The notes below the pieces were generated by a model. That model worked only from the letters and a program-made list of their open reading frames with translations. It did no database searches and was not told where the DNA came from. From a virus (taxonomy: Duplodnaviria; Caudoviricetes), in the IMG/VR virus record IMGVR_UViG_3300037418_002116: 64,000 nucleotides of DNA. One strand, written 5' to 3'. How positions within the stretch are numbered: the stretch's first letter is position 1; every line of letters begins with the position of its first letter. The position numbers and the translations under genes are program-made. Of this stretch, positions 7,555-16,330 are shown one piece after another.

Positions 7555-9441
7555 TTAGCATTCCTTCTTCTTCATCATAGCTCTAGCCAAAGCTAAACCT
7601 CTTTCACGCTTTCCAATGGTCTTGGTTGCATTCTTTCTGGCCTTGTCATCGTCAAGATAATCTGCACCACCACGATCAATGTGTGCATTTGCCTTTGAGC
7701 GCCAAGCTCTATCACCGTACTTTGTCAATGTATCGGCTGACAATTCATCAAGACGTTCTTCTTTCAGTCTATCCTTTTTATTCAAAGCTCTTTCCGCAGC
7801 ATCCATACCATTATTTCTATTTTTAAACTTGCGTTCCAATCTAGCGGTTTTGTCAGAAGGAATACCCCAATCTCTATCAACTTGTCTTGACTTGTTCAAA
7901 TCAGGTTCAATTGAGTGAGTTTCTTTTTGAGATTTTCTAATGTAACGGCCAAGTGTAGACGCATTCAGTTCATCAATCTGTTCTACTTCCTCTTTCATTC
8001 CCAAATGCTTCTTAAGACCTTTCCAAATAGTAGATTTTGGTTTTTCATTCACTCCATCTGTAACAGGTTCACCAAATTGTAGATTAGCGTCTTTATCCAA
8101 ACCGACAGTATAAACTTTCTTGACATGAAAATTTCTACCCTTATCTACAGCTTGATAGTGTTCTCTTGCGGCCTTTGCGGCTGCGACGTGATCGGCTTTA
8201 CCATTAATTTCAATGATTTGCTTCTTACGTTCACCCTTGGCATTATCGTATTCAAGATGAACGTTATGACGATTGCGACTTACATCTTCATTCAAAGATT
8301 CACGCAAACCGCCACGTTCCCAACCGTCGTTGTACTTGTTCCAACGTTCCAAATGACGATCTAGCTGGCCTTTCGTATCGCCATGACCGGGAGCCAAGAT
8401 GCCATTCGTCTGCTTGTGGCGAGAATGATAGGTATCGGCAGCACCCTTCTGTTGCCAGACATGAACCTTGCCACCAGTCTTTGGATGTTCATAGTTGTGC
8501 GAAGGGAAATCATGATCACGACCACCAAGGCTCTTTTCTGTGTGTGAGCCCTTGTACACGTACCCGTGCTTTGCAAGAACCTTATTGAACTTGTGCTTTG
8601 GTTCGGTTTCTTCGTTCAAATGTTCCACTTCTTCTTTGTGAAGAATCTTCTGTAGAACGGCACCAGCCACACGCTTTCCAGCGGCCTTGGAACCATATTC
8701 CTTGGCAGCTTTCGCAGCGACTTTCTTGAAGTTCAGACCGGGTTTGCCGATATCTTCACCCTTTTTGAATTCGTCAAGCTGTTCAACAGATTCAGCGAGC
8801 TTCGAAACGATGGAAGCTACTTTCTTGTGTGGAACGACATGACCACGATAGTTTTCCATTGCAGCACGAACACCGTTTGTCACCAAACGATACTTTTTGC
8901 CGCCATGGGAAATCACATGTTCAGACCATCCATCACGACGCTTGTTGGTAGCACCGGCATGAATTTTCTTTAGGTATTCGTGCGAACCTTCCTCGAAAAG
9001 AGATAGTTCACTTTCAAGGCGTTCTACCTTTTCTTCCAAAGATTCCTTACGGGCTGGACGCCATAGGCGCTTGCCTTGGTTTGTGAGAACACCAGCAATC
9101 GAGTCGGTTGACTCGTTGATGATCAAAGGCTTTTCTTCGACCTTGTTCAGGCGAACGGTTGAAGCGATTTCCTTTAGCGTCTTCTGTGGAGCCTTCGATT
9201 CAACAATCACCGGAGCGACTGGTTTCTTCTCTTCAACGATTTCCCATGGCTGTCTTTTTGGTGTCAAAGCAGACGCCACACCAGAAATATCCTTGACGGT
9301 TTCGTTCGATGGTTCCTGATAGGCAGCAAGGCGAGCGGCAAGATTTTCGCTAATCACCGGATCATCCTTCTTAGGACGTGCAGTTTCCAAAAGCCCTTTC
9401 TTAAGGGCTTCTGCCAATTTATCTTTGCCTCTATAATTCAT
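7555..9441 (-). CDS. Large head-core/internal protein with repeats
   Basis: Lys/Glu/His-rich; EEVEQ(L/I)DEL repeats shared with the core proteins at 52703-54228. Confidence 0.55.
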   Translation of the reverse strand: MNYRGKDKLAEALKKGLLETARPKKDDPVISENLAARLAAYQEPSNETVKDISGVASALTPKRQPWEIVEEKKPVAPVIVESKAPQKTLKEIASTVRLNKVEEKPLIINESTDSIAGVLTNQGKRLWRPARKESLEEKVERLESELSLFEEGSHEYLKKIHAGATNKRRDGWSEHVISHGGKKYRLVTNGVRAAMENYRGHVVPHKKVASIVSKLAESVEQLDEFKKGEDIGKPGLNFKKVAAKAAKEYGSKAAGKRVAGAVLQKILHKEEVEHLNEETEPKHKFNKVLAKHGYVYKGSHTEKSLGGRDHDFPSHNYEHPKTGGKVHVWQQKGAADTYHSRHKQTNGILAPGHGDTKGQLDRHLERWNKYNDGWERGGLRESLNEDVSRNRHNVHLEYDNAKGERKKQIIEINGKADHVAAAKAAREHYQAVDKGRNFHVKKVYTVGLDKDANLQFGEPVTDGVNEKPKSTIWKGLKKHLGMKEEVEQIDELNASTLGRYIRKSQKETHSIEPDLNKSRQVDRDWGIPSDKTARLERKFKNRNNGMDAAERALNKKDRLKEERLDELSADTLTKYGDRAWRSKANAHIDRGGADYLDDDKARKNATKTIGKRERGLALARAMMKKKEC

Positions 9442-9453
9442 TTGATGCCTTCC

Positions 9454-10071
9454 TTAGACGATTGTAAACGTCGAAAGTGTGTTAGAAACTGTGGCTGAAA
9501 TGTTTGTGTTAACGGTTTCGGTTGTTCCCGAGAACGTACTATAAACTTTTGCCTGTGCAGTGTTTGAAAGATTCTGTGCCTGAATTTTATATGTACCGGC
9601 TGTTGCCACCTTGAACTTGAATACCAATGTGTTGTTTGCATTGGTGATCGAAGCCTTGTTGGTGTTCGATGTAGCAACCACGTTGTTACCGCCAGCGGTG
9701 TTGGCCACTGTCAAACGGAGTGGTGATGCCGAAGAAGCGATAGAAAGTTCTTCTGTGTAAACAACGTAAACAAAGTTAACCTGATTTCGCTTAAGTGCTG
9801 TACCACCAGTGTTGTTCGCAACATATACCTGTGCGACACGTGGCTTACCCATCGTCACTTCACTTGGAAGATTTCCAAGAGCAATGAGCGGTTCGTACTT
9901 ATTTCTAACGTTACCGTGAACGTCTGTGTATGTGATTCTGCGAGTCCAACCGTATTTGGTTGCGACGATATTTCTCTTTTGGTCCTGTGCAACATAAAGT
10001 GGCACCTTACCTGATTTATTCCAAAGTGACATGTAATTGATTCCCTTTTCGTTTTTGAAACTACTCGACAT
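9454..10071 (-). CDS. Virion structural protein (decoration/Ig-like)
   Basis: MSLW..ATKYGW; Thr/Asn-rich beta-type C-terminus; late promoter upstream; alternative start 10032. Confidence 0.55.
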   Translation of the reverse strand: MSSSFKNEKGINYMSLWNKSGKVPLYVAQDQKRNIVATKYGWTRRITYTDVHGNVRNKYEPLIALGNLPSEVTMGKPRVAQVYVANNTGGTALKRNQVNFVYVVYTEELSIASSASPLRLTVANTAGGNNVVATSNTNKASITNANNTLVFKFKVATAGTYKIQAQNLSNTAQAKVYSTFSGTTETVNTNISATVSNTLSTFTIV

Positions 10072-10085
10072 GATATAGACCCCAA

Positions 10086-10133
10086 TATTTATAAAATTCG
10101 GGTATTGACACGAGACAGGGAAACGACCATATT
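10086..10133. promoter_or_regulatory. Divergent promoters: late TATAAATA (minus) and sigma70-type (plus)
   Basis: TATAAATA at 10093-10086; TTGACA(10105)-N17-CATATT(10128). Confidence 0.7.
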
Positions 10134-10156
10134 AGAATAAATGAGAGATTATATGA

Positions 10157-10846
10157 ATGAAGTTGTATCACGGGACGAATGAGACGGTTGCCAGAAAGGC
10201 AATGATCGAAGGGCTCAAGCCCCGTTCGATGACCAAAACTTCAAACTGGAATCATACGGTCATGTCCAACAAAGACATGATCTATCTCACCGACACATAT
10301 CCGCTCTATTTCGCTCTATGCGCAATTCAGGGGAAAGAGCGGGCGGCGGTGATCGAAATTGATACGGATTTGCTTCTTCCGTGGAATTTCATGCCGGATG
10401 AAGATTTTCTAGAGCAAGCGACTCGGCATGTTCCCGATGATCCTAAGACAGATTGGGACATGAAAAAGCGCAATCGCTGGTATCGTGCAAGAATGCAACA
10501 GTACGCCACATATTGGCAGGACTCGCTATCGAAGCTTGGAACGTGCGCATATCACGGTATAATCCCGGCACATGCAATCACTCGGGTAGCTTTTATCGAC
10601 TCAAAGAAACAATTGGCGCTGGCCATGCGGGGAATGGACCCTTCCATTTCTCTTATCAATTTCGGCTTTTGCGCAAAGGATTACCAATCTCTCATTCCAT
10701 GGGTGTTCGACGGCACGTATGCGCCGACTGAACGTGATGGAATGTTGATGCAACTTGGCGTACCTTCCACCAAGGATGTTTTAGAAAAGGAAGGGAGAGA
10801 GGGGATTTCAATCGAAACTCCCAATTTACAAAAGGAAAAAGTATGA
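10157..10846 (+). CDS. ADP-ribosyltransferase-fold protein
   Basis: LYHGT....GLKP...IYLT...FA pattern of HYE-clade ART/KptA-like folds. Confidence 0.55.
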   Translation: MKLYHGTNETVARKAMIEGLKPRSMTKTSNWNHTVMSNKDMIYLTDTYPLYFALCAIQGKERAAVIEIDTDLLLPWNFMPDEDFLEQATRHVPDDPKTDWDMKKRNRWYRARMQQYATYWQDSLSKLGTCAYHGIIPAHAITRVAFIDSKKQLALAMRGMDPSISLINFGFCAKDYQSLIPWVFDGTYAPTERDGMLMQLGVPSTKDVLEKEGREGISIETPNLQKEKV

Positions 10847-11562
10847 GCATGAGAAATTTTGGATTGGCCATGGCAGCAATGGCGCTGCTATCGGCGGGAC
10901 ACGCATATGCGGCTGATGCCGTAGTCGAACAGCCGGTCGTGGCCACGACCTATGATTGGTCTGGCTTCTATGTGTTGGGCGAAGGTGGCTATGGTTGGGG
11001 CAACTCGGATCATGAACACCTGAACGTGAACACGTTCGGCGGGCCGGGCGGAACTTATTCCAATGATGGAAATGGTTTCGTCGGCGGTGTGGCTGTCGGC
11101 TACAACGTGGCGTTCACCAACGGTTTCGTCGTCGGCATCGAAGCCGCTCTTCGTTCCGGTCAAAAGCTGGACGACGGCGGGGAATTCGAGATTTACAATA
11201 ACTCGACCACGACCAAATCGAAGTATGTCGCTTCGGTCGCCGGGCGGGCTGGTTACGCATTCGGCAGCTTCCTCCCTTATGTCAAGGCGGGATGGGCTGG
11301 TGCGGACGTGGAGTCGACTCAGAATTATCATCCGGGCGGCACCCCCACAACGTGGAGCGACTCGAAGTTCATGAATGGCTATGTGGTCGGCGCTGGCCTC
11401 GATTATGCTGTCACCGACAACATCTTCGTTGGCGTCGAATACGCCTATATGAATTTTGGCAAGAAAACGTTCAACGGCCTCGACTCCAATGGAACCTTGA
11501 CCCAGATTTCCGGTAATTTGCGGGAACAAAGCGTCATGGCCCGCATTGGTATGAAGTTCTAG
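10843..11562 (+). CDS. Outer-membrane beta-barrel protein, Omp25/Omp31/RopB family
   Basis: Signal peptide AYA-AD; YDWSGFYV.GEGGYGWG; GYVVGAGLDYAVTDNI; C-terminal Phe. Confidence 0.9.
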   Translation: MSMRNFGLAMAAMALLSAGHAYAADAVVEQPVVATTYDWSGFYVLGEGGYGWGNSDHEHLNVNTFGGPGGTYSNDGNGFVGGVAVGYNVAFTNGFVVGIEAALRSGQKLDDGGEFEIYNNSTTTKSKYVASVAGRAGYAFGSFLPYVKAGWAGADVESTQNYHPGGTPTTWSDSKFMNGYVVGAGLDYAVTDNIFVGVEYAYMNFGKKTFNGLDSNGTLTQISGNLREQSVMARIGMKF

Positions 11563-11643
11563 GGTTCAGGCAACGCCTTGGAACGAATGACCGTCCGGTG
11601 ATATAATGGGCCTCCCTCCCCCCCTATAATCACCGGACGGTTA
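11563..11643 (+). ncRNA. Structured 3' UTR / candidate sRNA with C-rich loop
   Basis: GTTC-AGGC/GCCT-GAAC hairpin, then CCGTCCGGTGAT/ATCACCGGACGG stem enclosing GGGCCTCCCTCCCCCCC. Confidence 0.4.
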
Positions 11644-11649
11644 TAAAAG

Positions 11650-11675
11650 AAAAGGGGCTCTAGAGCCCCTTTTTT
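11650..11675. terminator. Bidirectional intrinsic terminator
   Basis: AAAAGGGGCTCTAGAGCCCCTTTTTT between convergent genes. Confidence 0.85.
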
Positions 11676-11842
11676 CGTATCGTCATAACCTTTTCAACCA
11701 AGTCTTTGACAGACGGATGGATGACCACCGTGTCGGGTTTGGTTTGAACCAAATCCTGTTTGTCTTCCTTGGAAAAGTCTTTGAACGATTGTTCCTTGTC
11801 TGACTTTTCCTTTGCTGGCTGGTATGGCTTGTTTCCGAACAT
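11660..11842 (-). CDS. Hypothetical protein
   Basis: 60 aa; SD and TAAATA (11872-11867) upstream. Confidence 0.55.
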   Translation of the reverse strand: MFGNKPYQPAKEKSDKEQSFKDFSKEDKQDLVQTKPDTVVIHPSVKDLVEKVMTIRKKGL

Positions 11843-11869
11843 TCCGAATTCCCTTACTGTTTCATATAT

Positions 11870-13075
11870 TTAGTGAAACAGCTTGTTCATCGATTCTTCG
11901 TCCGGTGCCGGAAGCTTCTGGCCATTGGAAAGCGTCACGTTCGTAAAGCGAGTCGGGTATTGGAAGAACGGCGTTCCAAGGTGAGAAACCTTGTAGATCG
12001 TCTGACTGTACACCGTGAAGCGAGCGCCATCCTTGAAGGTCACCAGCAATTCGTTTTCCAGATGACCACCATTCAGACGATTATAGACGATCTTGATATC
12101 ATCCATATTCTGCTTTTTGTCCACAATCGCACCAAGCTTAGCGGTGTTCTTGGTGACGAAGCCTTCAAGAATTAGATTAACCGTGCGAACGGCATCGGCA
12201 TGACAAATTTCCTTCCAATTCGCCTTCATCTTGGCGTGTGGAACTGGCGAGTTGAAATCAACGCAATCCTGAACAAGTTGTCCCGAACCATTGGGAGCCG
12301 CCATCCACCATGCCTGCCCATGAGACTTAGTTCGACTCTTGGCAGAGGCGGTAGCAGAAGCGATGATCGCAGATTCATCTTCATGCATCCTGCGGAAGCG
12401 CTTGCGGCTTTCCACTTCCTTATCGATCATGTTCTTTTCCATGATCGCAGTGAGCTTGTCAACGTTGTCAAATGCCCACGTCACTTGCTTGATGTTGCGT
12501 TCTTCGAAAAGCTTCTCATATGTCGGGCGAACTTGCTCCACCAGCTTGCGGAGAATGTCAGCCATGCGCTTGGCAGCGCCATGGGAAACCATGGCCTGAA
12601 ACTGTGCCTTGGCAGCTTCCTTCTTTTCATCCGGCTTGCGGCCCGATTTGATATAGCCCTTAAGCTCTTTCTGCATGTCAGGGAATCCCTGCATACCGGC
12701 CAGAATGGCATATCCCTCGGGGAACACATTCTTGTATGGCGCAATTTCCTTGAAGGTCTTTTTGATGCCTACCGGACTTTTGTTGGCATAATAGATATCG
12801 TTGTATTTCTGACGCTCTTCGCTTCCGTGCGGAAAAGCGAGATAGACATCATTGATCGTCTTCTTCAACGCTTCTTCCAGCCCACGGGATAAACCGTAGG
12901 AGTAATGATCCTTGTATTCAGCGTTGTAAATTTCCTTGTTTTCAATGCCCTTCTGAAAAGCATCGATAGCGGCAAGGTAACGATCCCTGCTACGGCCTTC
13001 AAGATATTCGGCTGGTTTGCGGAACGCATTCCAGTCATATCCGGCTTGTTCGACTAGGAAAGATTTGAAACTCAT
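11870..13075 (-). CDS. Putative internal head protein, unknown function
   Basis: 401 aa; MSFKSFLVE start. Confidence 0.6.
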   Translation of the reverse strand: MSFKSFLVEQAGYDWNAFRKPAEYLEGRSRDRYLAAIDAFQKGIENKEIYNAEYKDHYSYGLSRGLEEALKKTINDVYLAFPHGSEERQKYNDIYYANKSPVGIKKTFKEIAPYKNVFPEGYAILAGMQGFPDMQKELKGYIKSGRKPDEKKEAAKAQFQAMVSHGAAKRMADILRKLVEQVRPTYEKLFEERNIKQVTWAFDNVDKLTAIMEKNMIDKEVESRKRFRRMHEDESAIIASATASAKSRTKSHGQAWWMAAPNGSGQLVQDCVDFNSPVPHAKMKANWKEICHADAVRTVNLILEGFVTKNTAKLGAIVDKKQNMDDIKIVYNRLNGGHLENELLVTFKDGARFTVYSQTIYKVSHLGTPFFQYPTRFTNVTLSNGQKLPAPDEESMNKLFH

Positions 13076-13077
13076 TT

Positions 13078-13566
13078 TTACCCCTTTTGATTCTTGACCA
13101 CAATGGTATCGACCGTCACCTTGAAATCAGGAAGGCTCACTTTGCTAAGCACGGGCTTTCCCTTGTAGCTGTAGCTCACTGAAAGATGCGGTTTCCATTC
13201 CGGCCATGAGTCCTTAAGGCCCGTTGTCTCGTATATCTTCCTTATATTAACAAGTTCGTTGGTTTTGTCAATGAGAATTGTCGGCACATTCTTTTCTTGG
13301 CCCAAAAGTTCGAACCGCTGGAATTTCAGTTCGATAGGGTCAATAGGGAACGTGCCGTTAGCTACGTATTTTTTGTTATCTGAATAGAATACTGTGATGT
13401 GAAAATCGAATTCGTCAGGATCAATTTCTTCCCCTGCAAATGATGTGGTAATATTAAATCCGGAAGCAATACACCATTCTCTCATTTTCTTTTGAGAGTC
13501 TTCCGAAAGTATCAAGGAAACGTATTTTTTATTATAGTTGTCTAGGAAATGTTTAAAAGATAACAA
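13078..13566 (-). CDS. acb1: 2H phosphoesterase, Acb1/gp57B-like anti-CBASS nuclease
   Basis: FHITVFYS and WKPHLSVSY parallel T4 57B HSTICYS and TPHITLSY; YVSLILSEDS near N-terminus; 162 aa. Confidence 0.78.
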   Translation of the reverse strand: MLSFKHFLDNYNKKYVSLILSEDSQKKMREWCIASGFNITTSFAGEEIDPDEFDFHITVFYSDNKKYVANGTFPIDPIELKFQRFELLGQEKNVPTILIDKTNELVNIRKIYETTGLKDSWPEWKPHLSVSYSYKGKPVLSKVSLPDFKVTVDTIVVKNQKG

Positions 13567-13570
13567 AAAA

Positions 13571-13936
13571 TTATGTTGCTTTCTCGGAGTCTACCATCTT
13601 GACGTGAGGGAAACCGCCGTGTTGTTTGCCAAGCTTGATCGCTTCTCCCTTATCGTCATGTGATCCGAGAACCTTACCGGTTCCACAATGCACAATGCGA
13701 TAGCGGTTCAACATAGTTTCGTCACGTTCCATAACAAGTTCCTCTTTGAAGAGTTTACCTAGAGCTTGCTCTTTCTTTCGCTCTTGGTGGGTGTCAAGAT
13801 TGGTTTGAAGGAAATCCATGTGATTTTTCAAACCTTTAATCTGTCGCTTCAATGATTCAATTTTTGGATCATTCGAACCGACTGCCTTGTTTTCTGACAA
13901 GACTTTCTGCACAACTTTCGTGAAATCGAATGCCAT
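13571..13936 (-). CDS. Hypothetical coiled-coil protein
   Basis: Likely start MAFDF at 13936. Confidence 0.55.
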   Translation of the reverse strand: MAFDFTKVVQKVLSENKAVGSNDPKIESLKRQIKGLKNHMDFLQTNLDTHQERKKEQALGKLFKEELVMERDETMLNRYRIVHCGTGKVLGSHDDKGEAIKLGKQHGGFPHVKMVDSEKAT

Positions 13937-13955
13937 TTTAGAGTCCTTTTTGACT

Positions 13956-14495
13956 CTATTTAGCAAATTTCAGATTGTTGAATAGATATTCGTGAGTATC
14001 GTCTGATATCGTAATGGGTAGACCAGCCCTGAACATTTCTTCATTGTCTTCTTTGGCCCATTTTCGCATCATGGTTGAGGACAGAGTTTCAATGAATTCA
14101 CCATCCTGCTTTCGAGCGCCACCGGATATCACGGAAAGTTTGAGCGGCAAGGGTGATTCAGCCGCATAGATCGGGAGCATCCTTTGGAAATCCGCCAATC
14201 GATCTTCACCGATGACCATCACCGCAGACTCATACTCGGAATCGATGATGAAACTGATTACATCACAGAAGCGTCGAAAGATGAATGTCATCTCCCCGAA
14301 TGCCTCTCTAAGCACCTTTAATTTTTCGTCGGTCGGCAGCGGATACCCCTTCGATTCCGAAGAGAACACATATCCGTCACAGTCATTCTCGATAGCCAAC
14401 TGATGAACCAAATCGACAATTTTCTGATGACCCCTGTGTGGAGGTTGAAATTTTCCCCACGTGAAAAAGAGCTTAGACAAAATCGGGAACCTCAA
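13956..14495 (-). CDS. HIGH-family nucleotidyltransferase (cytidylyl/adenylyltransferase-like)
   Basis: WGKFQPPHRGH; VIGEDR; LSSTMMR. Confidence 0.85.
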   Translation of the reverse strand: MRFPILSKLFFTWGKFQPPHRGHQKIVDLVHQLAIENDCDGYVFSSESKGYPLPTDEKLKVLREAFGEMTFIFRRFCDVISFIIDSEYESAVMVIGEDRLADFQRMLPIYAAESPLPLKLSVISGGARKQDGEFIETLSSTMMRKWAKEDNEEMFRAGLPITISDDTHEYLFNNLKFAK

Positions 14496-15252
14496 TCCAA
14501 TATTTGATTTCCATCGGGATATCGAGCTTGGCCGAAGTCAATGTTTCCGTTGTCTCTTTGAGGATTGCCAAATACGTTTTTCGATCATCCTTTTCCCTAT
14601 AGAAGTGACGGAAAATTTCCTCATGAAGCGTCTCGAATGAATCGAGCTTGGCCATTGTCACATTCGGAAGAAACTGTTTGACGATTTCAAGGAAATTAAA
14701 AGACAAGGGAAGACGGTCGATTGTCGTGTACCGTTGTGCGGTCTTGGTCTTTTTTTGGACCAGATACACAAGCCCTTCGAACAAATCCAAATGCTTGCGT
14801 GTCCGGATATATCGGTCATTGCCAAGATTAAATTCCTTGGCCGTCAAAGTTTTGATCATCGACATGATCAAAATATTGCGATGGGCACTCTTATATTTCG
14901 AAGTCTTCGAAGAATGATAAACATCGACTGAATAAGTAATGTCCTTCGATTGCATGAAATCGACTTGGTGCCAATTGTCTGTGTATGGTGAGTATACACA
15001 GACTGAATAGCACTGGCTTGTGATCTTTTTAGTCACAAACATATCTGTCAAAAAGCGAACAAAAGCCGCCCATTGCATATTGTCTGCTTCGAAAACAAAA
15101 TCAAGATCGTTGTATTCTTCTTTTACAAGATTAGAAGAACCGACGACACGCATCTTGATCAAATCTGGAATATGTTTAGAAAGTTCTGTATAAAAATCCT
15201 GAATATGTTCGGATTTCAGAGGAACAGTTTCCTCAAAGACGTTGCCGCCCAT
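14473..15252 (-). CDS. Pol-beta-like nucleotidyltransferase
   Basis: MGGNVF start; VGSS....YNDLDF; QVDFM. Confidence 0.65.
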   Translation of the reverse strand: MGGNVFEETVPLKSEHIQDFYTELSKHIPDLIKMRVVGSSNLVKEEYNDLDFVFEADNMQWAAFVRFLTDMFVTKKITSQCYSVCVYSPYTDNWHQVDFMQSKDITYSVDVYHSSKTSKYKSAHRNILIMSMIKTLTAKEFNLGNDRYIRTRKHLDLFEGLVYLVQKKTKTAQRYTTIDRLPLSFNFLEIVKQFLPNVTMAKLDSFETLHEEIFRHFYREKDDRKTYLAILKETTETLTSAKLDIPMEIKYWIEVPDFV

Positions 15253-16157
15253 TAGCGTTCTCTATTGAAGTTTCTTGCGGAAAATTTAATTCTGTTGACC
15301 AACTTAACCAATCTATCACCCGTGTCAACAACGATTCCTTCATCCGTTTCATTTTTTTCTGGTACAATATCGGAAGAGTAGGTTATAGAATCCAACAAAT
15401 CATCCTTAAAACGAGCTATCTGTTTGTAAAAGCTGATTACTCTTTCCCACTCATTCATATAAGTGGAAATATGGCGCTGAATTTTCTCATTTGGCGCAGC
15501 GTCATAGAAATCTGCCACGTTCAGATTGAAATGACCGGCCCGCACACAGGAATTCGCATATTTCTTGAATGCATCCTTTTGGGCGCTGGTGAGCCCGTCC
15601 GTGTTGTCCACTTCCGGAGGGACGGCAGACCGATAACTGACGTTCGGATTGGTATCGAACATGACCATGTGGAAGGTATTTTCCAACCAACTGTCTCGAT
15701 AATTATGTGGTTTGCCGTCCAGCGTATGCATGGCCACGCCGAGTGTCACATCCTCACGACCACCTTTGTAGGCATAGCGAACCGTATTCGGTTGGAATGT
15801 CATGTTGGTTCGGTCAATATCGGCACAGAACATAAGATCGCCACCAAGAATTTGACCTTTCATGAGTGGTTCGCAATCATGAAATACCAAAAGCAGGAGC
15901 GCCATCTTGGTTGCCAAGGATCGATCCGTGATCTTGTCATAGACTTCCTGTGGCGAGTGGTAAAGCTCTTGATTTTTCTTTAGGAACCCATTTTTGAATG
16001 CAATCCATGACCCTTGGCTATCTCTTCCGAGAACAAAGGATGGGTTTCCATCATATTTCAGAGAAATCGGGTATGTCTTGCGAACGATACCATTTAGAAT
16101 CGCATTCACATTAACGCCATTCTCAAAAATCAAATCTTCAAGGTGACAGATTCTCAT
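15252..16157 (-). CDS. ATP-dependent ligase-like nucleotidyltransferase (DUF6267-like)
   Basis: HLEDL; KYDG (motif I), GDLMF (III), DEGIVV (IV), VKLVNR (V); no obvious OB domain. Confidence 0.6.
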   Translation of the reverse strand: MRICHLEDLIFENGVNVNAILNGIVRKTYPISLKYDGNPSFVLGRDSQGSWIAFKNGFLKKNQELYHSPQEVYDKITDRSLATKMALLLLVFHDCEPLMKGQILGGDLMFCADIDRTNMTFQPNTVRYAYKGGREDVTLGVAMHTLDGKPHNYRDSWLENTFHMVMFDTNPNVSYRSAVPPEVDNTDGLTSAQKDAFKKYANSCVRAGHFNLNVADFYDAAPNEKIQRHISTYMNEWERVISFYKQIARFKDDLLDSITYSSDIVPEKNETDEGIVVDTGDRLVKLVNRIKFSARNFNRER

Positions 16158-16330
16158 ACCCTACCACACGTGCAGAACAAACCGGGAGTTGAACAACCGT
16201 GTTCGTAACCATTATTGTATGCGGCTTCCCATGCTTTTTCAGCCACTTCCTTGAAGGCGAGACGAAGTGCGCCGCCGACATTAGAGAAAGCAGCTTCATA
16301 ATGTTCTTGCCACCATTCTTCAAATGTCAT
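16154..16330 (-). CDS. Hypothetical protein
   Basis: Likely start MTFEEWW at 16330. Confidence 0.55.
   Translation of the reverse strand: MTFEEWWQEHYEAAFSNVGGALRLAFKEVAEKAWEAAYNNGYEHGCSTPGLFCTCGRV

Noticed and set aside
10888-12892. Long opposite-strand ORFs (10888-11529 minus, 12200-12892 plus) and similar ones such as 22626-23249 plus
   Set aside because: Antisense shadows of well-supported genes, with no SD, motifs or promoter
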